A stretch of DNA of 64,000 nucleotides, taken from NCBI GenBank assembly GCA_026026165.1, contig JAPEUD010000045.1, positions 62,001-126,000 of the forward strand, given 5' to 3'. Of the stretch, positions 12,876 to 24,551 are shown piece by piece (within the stretch, counting starts at the first letter, position 1; each line of letters begins with the position of its first letter). The DNA comes from Sarea resinae (lineage: Eukaryota). Under the pieces are notes generated by a model that saw only the letters and a program-made list of their open reading frames with translations, was not told where the DNA came from and made no database searches. The position numbers and the translations under genes are program-made.

Positions 12876-13919
12876 TCAAAGCTGTTTTCCAGTGAAGACA
12901 ACGTTTAGCTCATGGCACGCCTCCGCATAGAGCTTATTGATACTGGTGAAATCCATGAACGGGTTGATATGCTTATCCCAGGCGTGGACGACTTCTTCGA
13001 CCATGGTGAAGCGTACCCTCTTCCCAAGTCTTTCATGCAGCCTGTCCCTGAACGCCTTACCCTCCGCCTGCAGCATATCCCACTCGCAGGTATACAGAAT
13101 TATATCTTCCGGTAGCGTTTTCAGCAATTCATCGCTCGCAACGCCGGGCGATAGGTATGGATCAGACATATTTAAGCCTTCCGGATGTAGGTAAGACTGA
13201 TCAAGTAGGTCGGTGAGGGTTGGGGGCAGCGTCTTCTCTGGGCGCGAACAAGTGGCTCTACGCTCGTCTCGCGTCATGGTATAATCTAGGGTCGGGTACC
13301 AAGAGACGATGGCGGCGATATTATAGTCGAGCGGTAAGTCATCGGATTCGACGACCTTTGCCATAGTTGCTTCCGACACCCTCTCCCTCAGTTTGAGCAT
13401 ACGCAGCTCTTCTCGGAACCGCATTGCTGCAGTGATACACAGGTTTCCACCGGCCGAGAACCCGCTCGTAGCAACTTTTGTCGGGTCGATGCCAAGTTCC
13501 TTTGCATTCTGGAAGACGTATAACAGCGCGTCGGCCGAGTCCTCCACGGCCGTAGGAAACGGATATTCGGGCGCCATGCGATAATCCACACTGATCACAA
13601 CGGCATCAGTCTGTTGAACGAGAGCAGTAGCCCAGCGCGAGTCGTCGGCCGGAGTGCCAACGACAAATCCACCTCCATGGTAATTGACGACCGCAGGGAA
13701 CTGGTAAGTTGCCTTTCTCGTGTAGTAGTCCTTTGGCGTGTAAAACAGAAGACCGATGCGGCCTGGCTGCGGAGAGATGGTCGACGGAATGGTCCGCTTA
13801 AAGGATGCCGAGATGGGTCGAGGACTGGACCAGGTGTGAAGGAAGCTCAAGCATTTCCCTATGAACCTGAACAAAAGAGCCTTTAAGCGGAGCCTCCACC
13901 TTGGAGGCTGTTGCTCCAT
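12876..13919 (-). CDS. Alpha/beta hydrolase, hormone-sensitive lipase (abhydrolase_3) family esterase
   Basis: HGGGF oxyanion motif, VDYRMAPEYPFP, GFSAGG nucleophile elbow, and WD..H catalytic residues. Confidence 0.92.
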   Translation of the reverse strand: MEQQPPRWRLRLKALLFRFIGKCLSFLHTWSSPRPISASFKRTIPSTISPQPGRIGLLFYTPKDYYTRKATYQFPAVVNYHGGGFVVGTPADDSRWATALVQQTDAVVISVDYRMAPEYPFPTAVEDSADALLYVFQNAKELGIDPTKVATSGFSAGGNLCITAAMRFREELRMLKLRERVSEATMAKVVESDDLPLDYNIAAIVSWYPTLDYTMTRDERRATCSRPEKTLPPTLTDLLDQSYLHPEGLNMSDPYLSPGVASDELLKTLPEDIILYTCEWDMLQAEGKAFRDRLHERLGKRVRFTMVEEVVHAWDKHINPFMDFTSINKLYAEACHELNVVFTGKQL

Positions 13920-14169
13920 AATGATCGCCGGTAATCTTCACGTTGGACGGCTTTGTATAGAGTGTAGAGTAGAGTTTCCAAGGCGAGGCGGAGCTCCTTA
14001 GACATGGGCTCGATTCCATATCAACAGATTACGTAATCCATCGGGTGAACTCGCGATGATCCATCCAATCCTTTAGTAAACAACAAAACCCATCGATATG
14101 GCAAACTACCTATGCAACTCTATATAGTGGTCGGTAAAATATCATTGGATCTACAATACTCTCAATAAT

Positions 14170-15324
14170 CTAGTCGAAGCGATCTTCATCGAGCCCAGGC
14201 CAAAGAATTTTCCTCCTCCACAGGGCTCTAATGTGACAGAAAGCAACGCCGAGATACGTAATGACCAACAGAATGGTCAACACGCTTGTAAGCCAAAGAA
14301 TTGCGTCGCTTCCGAGAGCTTTGCCAATGTTGATGGTAGCGATAATAAAACCTGTATTCGGAAAGACGAAGCTGTAGCAACTCAGATGGAAAGACATCTC
14401 GTTCGCTCGGTATAGCACTCCAACAAGGGCCATAGCAAACCACCAAAAGGCCAGCAGCCAGAGGAAAATCCCAAAGAAAACAGCTACGATCAAAAAGATC
14501 TCTGCTGTTGGAACCGAAGATGTGCCAACGATGTAATGCTCGGGAAAGGCGATTAGAGCATCATTTCCCAGCCCGATCAAGGCGAGCGCGGTGAAGGCAG
14601 GGGGGCCAACGGCGATGAACATTCCCGGTCGTAGACTCGGAGCTGGCAGCCCGTGAACGAAAAGGCGACCCGTGTAATTGCCGTAAATGAAAATCGCAAC
14701 GAGCATGCCGAGACCTTGACAGGCAAGACCTCCAACGATGATGGCCTTGGCAAAATGAGCCGGTTGGGTACTAGCAATGTTTGATGCTACTGTACCAGCA
14801 AGCATGGTGGGAAAGACAGGTAGCAACCAGCCTGGGGTCATGGACTGTATTGTCAGAGGCTTGCCCGTGAATAGAAAATGATATTGGAAGATGGCGTTCA
14901 GGATGGCGCAGGCTACGTAGATCCAGAAGAGAACTCGTATCGTCGTGACAAGCCATTCGCCGGTCTTTGGGACGCCGTAACGCTGGATTCCCATGATAAT
15001 CGTCGCAATCGACAGCCAAAAAGTGGCAAAGTACAATGATTCGGACGAATGCGTCAGAGATTGGACCAGGGTGCCCTTGTACTTGACGAATCTGGTCGTA
15101 ATGGCGCTGCACAGAAAGGTGAAGAGCACCAGGTTGAAGATGAAAACCACTGTGCCGATAGTTTCGAGGCCACGAAAGCGGTGGGGGGTGACGGAAAGCA
15201 CGAGGGCGATTCCGCCGGTGCTCATGGTGGAAGTGAACCATGCCCAGGTGAAGTGCTGCAATCTCTCCAGCGGCAATTCTTCTCGAGTCTCTTTGACTTC
15301 GGCATCGAGAATGGTCGAGGCCAT
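14170..15324 (-). CDS. mae1: Mae1-type C4-dicarboxylate/malate transporter (SLAC1/TDT family)
   Basis: Motifs HFTWAWFTSTMSTGG, PGWLLPVFP, RPGMFIAVGPPAFT, SFVFPN and ILWPGLDED; ~10 TM helices. First ATG is at 15324. Confidence 0.92.
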   Translation of the reverse strand: MASTILDAEVKETREELPLERLQHFTWAWFTSTMSTGGIALVLSVTPHRFRGLETIGTVVFIFNLVLFTFLCSAITTRFVKYKGTLVQSLTHSSESLYFATFWLSIATIIMGIQRYGVPKTGEWLVTTIRVLFWIYVACAILNAIFQYHFLFTGKPLTIQSMTPGWLLPVFPTMLAGTVASNIASTQPAHFAKAIIVGGLACQGLGMLVAIFIYGNYTGRLFVHGLPAPSLRPGMFIAVGPPAFTALALIGLGNDALIAFPEHYIVGTSSVPTAEIFLIVAVFFGIFLWLLAFWWFAMALVGVLYRANEMSFHLSCYSFVFPNTGFIIATINIGKALGSDAILWLTSVLTILLVITYLGVAFCHIRALWRRKILWPGLDEDRFD

Positions 15325-15469
15325 GATTTTGATCTCGTTCTGGTAATGACAGACTGGCTCGGAGGGCAACAATGCAAATGCATATATTGTGCTAATTTGG
15401 TTGGGATATCGTGCTGGATCGTGTGAATATATCTCTCGAATATCAAATTTCGACAACAGTCAACGCCAG

Positions 15470-16319
15470 CCGGTTTCTTCCGAGCCAAACGGGAGGTGCT
15501 GGGCTCCAAATTCCTGGTCGGGGGCCTCCTACACGCCGATGCAGATCATCGTAGATGGTGGAAGGTTCGACAGGATCCCTAAAGTAGATGGCAAAATGAG
15601 GTATCCACAAATCCACGATGGTGGTGATACCTCTCGGGAAGGATGTGTAGGTACGTGATGTGACCAGGCCGCAACTCCGCGTGCGCACTCGCCTGGGGCG
15701 AACGATCGCAGCGTGTTCAGCGACTACGCAGGAGGGAGAGAACAGATTGAAATCCTGCGGTGGGCCTCGGGCTTGCGTCTTCGTCGATCAAATAGACTTG
15801 GTCGCATCAAGCTTGCGCTTCCTTGGCAGTGCTCTACTCCGTACCTTGGGGAAGAGTCCGATCTCGTGGTCTAGCCCTAGCCGTTCAATCACACAGGCAC
15901 CGGAAGAGGAACTTCATTTACAGGGCATCATGAGGTCAGCCTGGTCGAGGACAGGGTTCCGTGGCAGATAGAGTAGCGACTTGAACCGCCTACTACTACT
16001 TCAGTATGTATGTAGTAGTACTACGTAGTAAAGTGCTTGTTCAGTGCTGGCGTTGAGGACCCATGATGCGTCGGGGTGCATGATTGGGGTGATCGACTCC
16101 AGATTACCTTACGAAGCACTCGTGCTCGGAGTAAGCATGTCGGAGGTATAGTCGGGCCGTAGCTTCGCGATCCTTCCAGATTTAGGATCCGCATCGCCTC
16201 AATTCCGGGGCCTCGATGCCACTGCGCTCAAAGGGGCGAAAGGCGAGGCACAGACGAGGAGAGACAGGGAGACGAGGAGGCTCCAACGACGAAAACAGGG
16301 AAACACCCGACCATCCCCG
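15470..16319. promoter_or_regulatory. Three CCG-N7-CCG motifs (candidate AcuK/AcuM = AOD2/AOD5 sites) in the bidirectional mae1/malic enzyme promoter
   Basis: CCGGTTTCTTCCG at 15470-15482, CGGTGGGCCTCGG at 15758-15770, CCGACCATCCCCG at 16307-16319. Confidence 0.45.
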
Positions 16320-16816
16320 GTGAGACCCCACGAGCGCCTCCCTGAGCGCCCCCATGAACCCCCATCAGCAGCTTTCGGCCCCCGTCAGCCCCATCAATTT
16401 CCGGAAAATTATCGACCCGCGAGACACTACTGCCAATACCACCACTTGCCCTCGTAATAGGAAGAAAACCAACGAATATGAATAGTCCGCGCCCTCCCCA
16501 GTCTCCTTTCCATGGCCGTTTCATTCCATGAAAGAAGAAATATAGCCCTCGAGACGGGTGATACGCGTGAAAATGAAAGTAATCCCTCACGTCTCACGTG
16601 TTGGGCATCCGTGGTGCTGTGGGATGTGTGGACTTATTGACATGACCTACAGCTGGTCTCAAATCTTGAACACGTAGAAGACGTAGCGCACAGCCAGCAG
16701 CCATCAGCCACCGTCCAGAGATAAATGCTTGACGAACCACCTTCGTTGCAGCTCTCACTTTTCGTCCTCCCATTTTCTCCTCTGTTGAGAATCCGACGAG
16801 AGGTGATACCGCTGCC

Positions 16817-19046
16817 ATGAGGCGCTTCCTCACTCTTTCAGAACCCTCTGCAAGGGCGTTCACCACGACGTCACGACGAGCTGCTTCGTCGATTGCCGAT
16901 GTGACCCCCACAGCTCCTCACCCACCACATCCCAATATCAAGCAGGCTGAGACGCTCACACGCGGAGGCCCATCGCTGACATCGTGAGATCCCAAACTCT
17001 TCTCCCAAGACCTCGCTGACAGGTCCTAGAGCGGGCGACTTCGATACGAGCTACTCTGTCGGAGTTCGCAAGTACCTTCGCGTCCATGGATTGACGCCTC
17101 CAGCTGTCGAGACTTATGAAACGCAGGCCGCACGATGTAAGACCACGCTTTGGCCATCTGGGTAATTCGGACAACAGCTCATAGCAAGCAGGTCTCAAGC
17201 AGATCCGAACCAAAACGACAAACCTAGGCAGGTATACGTATCTGAGCCATATCCGCAACTCCAACCCGCATCTCTTCTACCGCTTAGCAATCGACCATCT
17301 GAAGGTAGGACGAATGTTTCCCTTGGCAGCACATGCATCTGCTAACGGTTCGTAGGAGGTGACACCTCTCGTCTACACGCCCGTTGTGGGGGAAGCTTGC
17401 TTGAAATGGTCGGAAATCTACCGAGACCCTGAGGGTAACTTTCGTCCTGTCCACACTTCACAATGAAACCCTGACGATGATCCAGGTCTATACATTTCCT
17501 ATTCTGATCGAGGGAACATCTACTCGGTCCTTCAGAACTGGCCCGCCGAACACCCAGAGATCTCAGTGGTCACAGATGGATCCCGCATATTGGGCCTCGG
17601 AGATCTAGGGATCAATGGCATGGGCATTCCCGTCGGCAAACTGGCACTTTATACGGCTTGTGCGGGTATCAGGCCGGGCTCAACCTTGCCCATAATGCTC
17701 GATCTCGGCACCAACAACCCGAAACTGTTGAAGGATCCGTTGTACATGGGCGCCAGGCGTGAACGGGTATCGGCGCAAGAGGAGATGGAATTTATGGATG
17801 AGCTCATGGCAGCGCTTACGGAGAAGTGGCCTGGGTACGTTGGTCCGTCCTATATAACCTGATGAAGCTAATTGGTCTAGAATCGTCATACAATTTGAAG
17901 ACTTTAAGGATCCTTTCCCACCATTGAAACGATACAGGAATACATACACCTGCTTCAATGACGACATCCAAGGAACCGGTGCTGTCATCCTCGCAGGCGC
18001 AATAAATGCGATCCGGAGATCTGGAGTATCAGTGAAGGATCACAGAGTGGTCTTTGTAGGAGCTGGTAGCGCTGCCGTCGGTGTCGGTAGAGAGATTGCA
18101 AAGTTCTTCGTGAAGACCGGTCTGACAGAGGAAGAAGCTCGCCAAAGCCTGTGGTACATGGACGTGAAGGTAGGGATATCGAATTCCATTCCTGATTCAA
18201 ACAGCTAATGTGAAAACAGGGGCTGGTAACCAAAGATCGAGGTGACGAGTATGAACGGCATCTGGCTCGCTTCGCTAGAGACGACAACGAAGGCAAACAA
18301 TACAGCACAGTAGCGGAGGTCGTCGATCACGTCAAGCCAACAATGCTTGTAGGGCTCTCGACGGTTGGCGGCATCTTTGACAAGCACATTCTTTCTCGAA
18401 TGGGCGAATTCAACGAGCGTCCAATCATCTTCCCATTATCAAATCCATCCTCACAGTCAGAATGCACTTTCGAAGAAGCGCTGAAGTACACTGGTGGTCG
18501 AGCAATATTCGCGAGCGGCAGTCCTTATGACTCTATTGAGTATGATGGGCAGATGGTCTATCCCGGTCAAGGTCAGTCAACCTTTTCAGCCTCTTTTGGC
18601 ACGCTAACCTTTCCTTCAGGTAACAATATGTATGTGTTCCCCGGTATTGGTCTGGGAACGATCCTTTGCAAGGCGGCATCGATTTCAGACGAAATGGTTG
18701 GTCTATATAATCTCCAGATTGTATTGCAACGCCACTGACAAAAGTCCAGACATATGCGGCTGGAGACGCACTCAGCACCGCCCTAACGCAACAAGAGATC
18801 GATGATGGGAAGCTATATCCTGACGTGGAACGGATCCGGGAAGTCAGTGTCACGGTCGCGAGGGGTGTGATTCGTGCAGCGCAGAAGCAGCATCTAGATC
18901 GGCAGCTAGCAGTCCGTGGGATTGACGACGACGTTCTTGACGAGTATATCAAGGAACGTATGTATGATCCGCGGCTGGAGCAGGATGCCGTAGAAGGTGA
19001 AGTCATTCGGCTTGTCAAAGACTTGAGGAAGTCTCAGTGGCCTTGA
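16817..19046 (+). CDS. Malic enzyme (malate dehydrogenase, decarboxylating) with probable mitochondrial presequence; 8 introns
   Basis: Motifs VTDGSRILGLGDLG, FNDDIQGTG, GAGSAA, PLSNP and NNMYVFPGIGLG. Introns at about 16984-17029, 17137-17191, 17305-17355, 17435-17485, 17835-17880, 18170-18219, 18572-18619 and 18697-18749. The N-terminus MRRFLTLSEPSARAFTTTSRRAASS is Arg/Ser/Thr-rich. Confidence 0.93.
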
Positions 19047-19625
19047 CCTCTAGATACGATGTTTCCGACATGCAACGGTTTCGGAGGTGACGGTTCAGAG
19101 AAGTTCAATTCTTGCTAGCAGCGGTTTCCTTGGGATTGATGGATCAATAGACAACGGATTAGACGGGGGGTAACAATAGATGTACATTATTCATATAGGC
19201 ATAGTCTCTAGACTCAATATCAGCGGGCGTTTGACTCTTGGCATTTTTCCGCTCCTTGTTTCTCAAGCCAGGTTTAGACTAGCCAGGCCCTAGCCTCACA
19301 TGGTAATACAGCCGTCGGAATCACTACTCCGTACTCGGAGTACCTGAAGATCTCGAGGATGAAATTGTCATAGTTCTATTTTTACAGCAAGCTCATGATC
19401 CAAACAGAATCATGATCGCTTATCTTAGCGCTGCCCCGTTGTTTACACTCGTCCTTGATCCTGACTAACAGTGCATAGTGCTTATATACGAAATCCCCTC
19501 ACCGTTTTCCCCATCCAGCTTGGAACAGGATCCTTTTTCATGAATCTCTCTTGTTCCCTACAGTCTATCAATTTGTCCACGTCTCTATCACCGACTAACC
19601 GACAATTAGCCGTAAGAAGTTTGCT

Positions 19626-20909
19626 ATGGCGTCCACCGTTCACGTCGTATCCAAGACCGATCTCAAAATCCACAAAAGCCTCTCAGTCCCCTCACCTTCC
19701 TCGGCACCTCTCCCACCGTCCTCTGTCTGCGTACGCCCCACTCTCCTCAGCTTAACAGCCAATAACCTCACCTATGCACAACTAGGCACCCTTATACACT
19801 GGTGGGAAGCTTTCCCCGTTCCTTCCTGTCTACCCGCCCCGTACAATGACCCTTCGGCCTATGGAATCGTTCCCGCGTGGGGCTATGCCGCCGTGCTCAA
19901 GAGCTCTATCCCCTCTGTCTCCACGGGGCAACTTGTTTGGGGTTATTTCCCCACATCAACATTCCCGACGGTCCTACAGCTCTCTCCTACGAAGACGCCG
20001 GGCCATTTCATCGAAGCATCACCGCATCGCAAGAACCTGATGAACCTGTACCAGCGCTACATGCTCACCTCCCCATGCGTCTCTGACTGTGCTCTCACGT
20101 CCGCTGACTACGACTACGACAAAATGGCCTACGCCGCGCTCCTAAAGCCGGTCTGGGAAAGCATGTATTTGCTCTCCCGCTTCGTCTTCTCGACCGCCAC
20201 TACACCCGTCGACCCCATGCCCGGCGCACATCAAACCTGGAGCGTGCACGAGGCTGACCTCCAGGGCACGGTGCTCATCAGCCTGGCGGCGGCATCGAAG
20301 ACTGCACGCGCATTTACGTGGGAATTAGGACGGAGACTACCAGACGCAATGCCAAAGGGTTTGGTATCCGTGACTGCTGACCCCGCAAGACTTCTTGATC
20401 CTGCTTCACCTCCGTTCCCTCATAAAGTGATCACTTACGCCGACGCCACATCTTTGACCACCGACGCGTTCACCACCTCCCTGCACCCGACCAAGGTCAT
20501 CATCCTTGACTTCGGCGGCAGAGACAACGCCGTCTCAGCCCTCCATTCGCACCTGCTCTCCCAAAATCATCTACCTAGGGAGAAGATCATAACTATAGCC
20601 ATCGCCTCCGAAGCGCGCATCTACACCCCGGAAACATGGGCCGAGTTTGCAGCGACGTCGGAGAGGGTGGGCAAAGTGCAATTCAATGCCTCTGGGGTGC
20701 GGGACGCGGCAATGGAGCTTTTGGGCGAAGAGCCATATTTTGCGGGCTTGGACAAGGCGTGGCGAGAGTTCTTCGACGAAGGGGGAGTAGAGGGTATGAG
20801 CCTAGTCTGGGGGGAAAATACCGAAGGGGAGTCGGGCGTGGAGGGGGGTTGGGAAAAGCTTGTGAAGGGAGAGGTGGAGGGGGGGAAGGGCATGGTGTTT
20901 AAAATGTAG
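19626..20909 (+). CDS. DUF2855-family protein
   Basis: Intronless 427-aa ORF with LTANNLTYA..WWEAFP..GIVPAWGYA..GYFP and ASKTA motifs, which I recognise as DUF2855. Confidence 0.75.
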   Translation: MASTVHVVSKTDLKIHKSLSVPSPSSAPLPPSSVCVRPTLLSLTANNLTYAQLGTLIHWWEAFPVPSCLPAPYNDPSAYGIVPAWGYAAVLKSSIPSVSTGQLVWGYFPTSTFPTVLQLSPTKTPGHFIEASPHRKNLMNLYQRYMLTSPCVSDCALTSADYDYDKMAYAALLKPVWESMYLLSRFVFSTATTPVDPMPGAHQTWSVHEADLQGTVLISLAAASKTARAFTWELGRRLPDAMPKGLVSVTADPARLLDPASPPFPHKVITYADATSLTTDAFTTSLHPTKVIILDFGGRDNAVSALHSHLLSQNHLPREKIITIAIASEARIYTPETWAEFAATSERVGKVQFNASGVRDAAMELLGEEPYFAGLDKAWREFFDEGGVEGMSLVWGENTEGESGVEGGWEKLVKGEVEGGKGMVFKM

Positions 20910-21536
20910 GTCACTGGAGGGAGGTCAAGTTCTGGCCCTACAGATTACGAATTATGGAATCATGTAACGATCAAAATAGAAGCTCAAAGAGTCCATCATC
21001 GCCAATACATCGAGTTAATATGATAGCATCTGTGCTCCTGGATTGCCCACGGTGAAACCGTGAAAGTCCAAAGATACCTTATCCAGACAGACGAACTATC
21101 TTATCTGCGAAATAATCTAATCTAATCTAATCTGTCGCGGAAGATAGCCGCGGGCCGACACCGCACAGCGCGGCGGCCGCAAAGCACAACGGACGGATCC
21201 ACTCTGTGTCCAGGGCGGTCGAACTGATCGATGGTCCGACGATCTTGTAGTTGCATGAAGACGGCACCGATATCCCCCACCATTGATTATTGCGGGGTCT
21301 GGGCTGTGCATTTCTAAGCAATCGGGGTGACGTCGTAGCGTAGCGCATCGTATTGTATCGTGCCGAACAGACTCAGCAGCCGATTTACTCTTCTGCTTTC
21401 AAGACCATTCGAAGTGACGATTGCAGGTCGACTAGCTCTCTGACCGTTGTCTCCCTTGTCCTTCTTGCCTGCACCAGATAGGAATCAAGCTATTGTGTCT
21501 ATTCCATTCGAGAAGACGGTTCAGTCCTCCACCGCT

Positions 21537-23098
21537 ATGGCTCCCAAGATCTTCATGTTTGTCCGCTCCTCTCCCCAAAACCCCTCACCATTCACTCGCT
21601 GCTCCCCTTTCTTCCACCCTGCTTCCCTTCCTCGCCCCTCACCTCCTCATCTGCTCGCCTACCGCACACCGTCCAAAACCCACTAAACCTCCCAACTCAC
21701 ACCACCCGCAAACAAAACAGAACAGGCACGTCCGGCTACATTGGTGGCAGCGTGCTCGACGCGCTGGTGACCGCGCACCCAGAGTACGAGATCTCGGCGC
21801 TGCTGCGCCACGTGCCGGAAACATACACGACGCAGTTCCCCCACGTACGGATCGTCAGGGGCGATTTCGGCGCCATCGATGTCCTGGAGACTGAAGCCGA
21901 GGCCGCAGACGTGGTTGTCCGTATGTTTGTTTGTTTGTTTGCTTCTTGGCTTCTTGATTCATGTTTTATCATCGGTGCTTTCCCGCTCGTTCTTTTTCTT
22001 GCTCCTCTTTGTTGCTGTCCCACCCAACCCTCCGCAGAGCGCCCCATGCGACTAAGGGGGGCTGTGAATTGGGACTCGCTTTTCTGTTCCCGCCCTCTCT
22101 TACCTTACTCCATCCCCTTTTTCCCTCCCTCTTCTCGCCTTCGTCAATCAGCCAGCTAACTCCCACTGCCCGACGTAGACATCGGCGGCTCCGACATCCC
22201 CGCCTCCGTAACGGCGCTCCTAACGGGCCTCTCGCGGCGCCCAGCCAAGAATCAGCCAATCGGCACATTCATCCAAACATCGGGCACGGGGTCGGTCTCG
22301 GACGTCTTCAGCACGGCCACGCCCGGCACATACACGGCGCAGATCTACGGCGACGAGTCCTCGCTCGAGGCGATCAAGACGCTGCCATCCAACGTGCTGC
22401 ACCGGTCCACGGACCGGCTCGTCTTCGCCGCCGCCTCGGACTACGGCAACCGCGTCCGCACGGCCATCGTGGCGCCGTCGGACATCTACGGCCGCGGCAC
22501 GGGGCCCGGCAAGAAGGAGAGTTTCGAGATCCCGCTCTACGTCGACGAGGCCCTGAAGCTGGGCCACGCCTTCTTCGTCGGGCCCGGCGAGAACGTGCGG
22601 TCGACGGTGCACATCGCCGACCTGGCGAACTTCTACGTGCGTCTGGTGGCCGAGGCGCTGGACCCCGCCGGCAACGGCGGCGTCGCCGACTGGGGCCCCG
22701 ACGGCTACTACATGGTGACGTCGGACGAGTTCTCGTTCCTGCCGTTCGCGCGACGCATCGGCGCCGTGCTGGCGGGCCTCTCGCTGCTGCCGACGCCCGA
22801 GCCGCGCGAGGTATCGCCGGACCGCGTCAGGCGCATGCTCGGCGGCTTCGGCAACGGCGTCGTCGGCATGTATATGTTTGCGGGGTCGTCGCGGGCGCGG
22901 GCGGAACGGGCACCGCGGACGCTGGGGTGGGTTGCTAAGGGCCCGTCGTGGTGGGCTTGTTTGGATGAGGGCGTGCGGACGCATCTGGAGGAGAGGGAGA
23001 AGGGCGGCAGGGAGGCGGGCGAGGGGTTCAAGTTCTTTGAGGGGACCAAGGTGGGGCGGTTTGGTGCTGTTGGGGGGCAGGGAGAGGAGGGGAAGTGA
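21537..23098 (+). CDS. NAD(P)-binding atypical SDR / epimerase-dehydratase (NmrA-like)
   Basis: Spliced start MAPKIFI|TGTSGYIGG (intron 21557-21720) and a second intron at 21921-22178. Motifs FIQTSGT, IYGRGTGP and VHIADLA. Confidence 0.88.
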
Positions 23099-23708
23099 GA
23101 GGAGTAGACGAGACTCATCACGCATGAAAAGAGGGGGGCACCTCAATTCTAGATTCTAGATTTCTAGATCTAAATTCAGCTTTGGGATCTCCCCAACTTC
23201 CTATACAGGGCAGGGTCAGACAAGACGTCGACATCAAGTCACCATAACCTCGACACAGAAGTGGCAGAATTACATACATATATATATAGCCAGACAACCG
23301 ATACCAAGAAGCCACAAACAAACAACCAAACAAACAAACAAAAGCCACCCACGGAGAACAGACCGACCGAAAAACAGCCGGCAGCGGCAATAGAAAAAAA
23401 AAAGGTTGGAGATGGAGATGGAAGCAATCTCCCACCCCCACATATAACACATATAACAGATACCATCTTCGCCAAATCCTCCCCAAACCTCAACGCTCAC
23501 CTTCTCAACCCTCAACGCTCACCTCCCAACCAACCAACTCCTTCTTATAAGCCCCCTACCCTTCCCTCTCTCCCCTAGCCCTCGTTTCCCCCTCTCCCCA
23601 CAACCCGGCCCTCTTCCCGCTCCCCTTCACACCGACTAAGCCAGCATCCTCACAAGAGAAAAGATAAATCCTCCTCTATCTCCTGATTTTCCCCCTCTTC
23701 CTCTTCTT

Positions 23709-23785
23709 CCTCGTCCCTCGTCCCTCGTCCCTTACCCCTTACCCCTTACCCTTACCCCTCACACCCCTCGTCCCTCACACCCCCT
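23709..23785. repeat. Heptamer tandem repeats (CCCTCGT)n/(CCCCTTA)n; G-tracts on the minus strand
   Basis: Read directly from the sequence. Confidence 0.8.
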
Positions 23786-24551
23786 GAACGAACATACTAG
23801 AAACTAGCAAATATCTCACGAACCCTCCGAGGAAAAAAAAAAACTAAACTCAGATGAGATAAAACGAAGCACCCCGCGTCGTCTGCAGCTAAAAAAAAAA
23901 AACGACCGATGACGGCGTGGATGTCGTAAGGATTTTACACCAATTACAAAAAAGGACAGACAGACAAACATCATGGCTCACGTGTGGATTGCATGTTCGT
24001 TAATACGCTGAGGGGCGTAGGTGTATAGGTAGGTAGGTAAGTAAGTAAATAACCAGACACATTCATTTCAAACTCGACCCCATCATCACACTTCTCGGGC
24101 ACCATCTACTCACTTCTCACTCCTCACTCAGAACGTAAGAAATCTCTCGGAGACGTATATCCTCTCAGATGAATTAAAAATTAATAATAGCTCTTCCTAT
24201 CGTCGTCGAAGAAGAACAAAAAGAAGAAGAGAGAAAGGGCTTTGTCCGTCGCGACCAGCATCATACTCGTACATATATTCACCACCCCTCCCAGTCCTCG
24301 AGGGGAGAAAAAAAAAGAAAGCCGCCCTTGGAAATTCCCCAGACATTGATTGATTGATGAATGGATGATTGTATTCTCGCGGCAACAACACGAAGGAATA
24401 AGTAGGTATCGCTGTAAATGGCATAATAGGCCTGGTATACCAGTGAGAGTAGACGGAAAAGGAGAATGTACATGATGCAATGTTCGTGTAGATATTACTT
24501 CCGCAAGGACAGCAGCAGCAGCACGAAAGTAAAGACTTAGTGAGGGATTTC

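Noticed and set aside
15325..15456. Longer Mae1 N-terminus in the ORF track
   Set aside because: Starts at a non-ATG codon with no supporting evidence; the first ATG is at 15324.
23709..23785. Interstitial telomere
   Set aside because: Units are TAAGGGG/ACGAGGG rather than TTAGGG, and the array is short and mixed.
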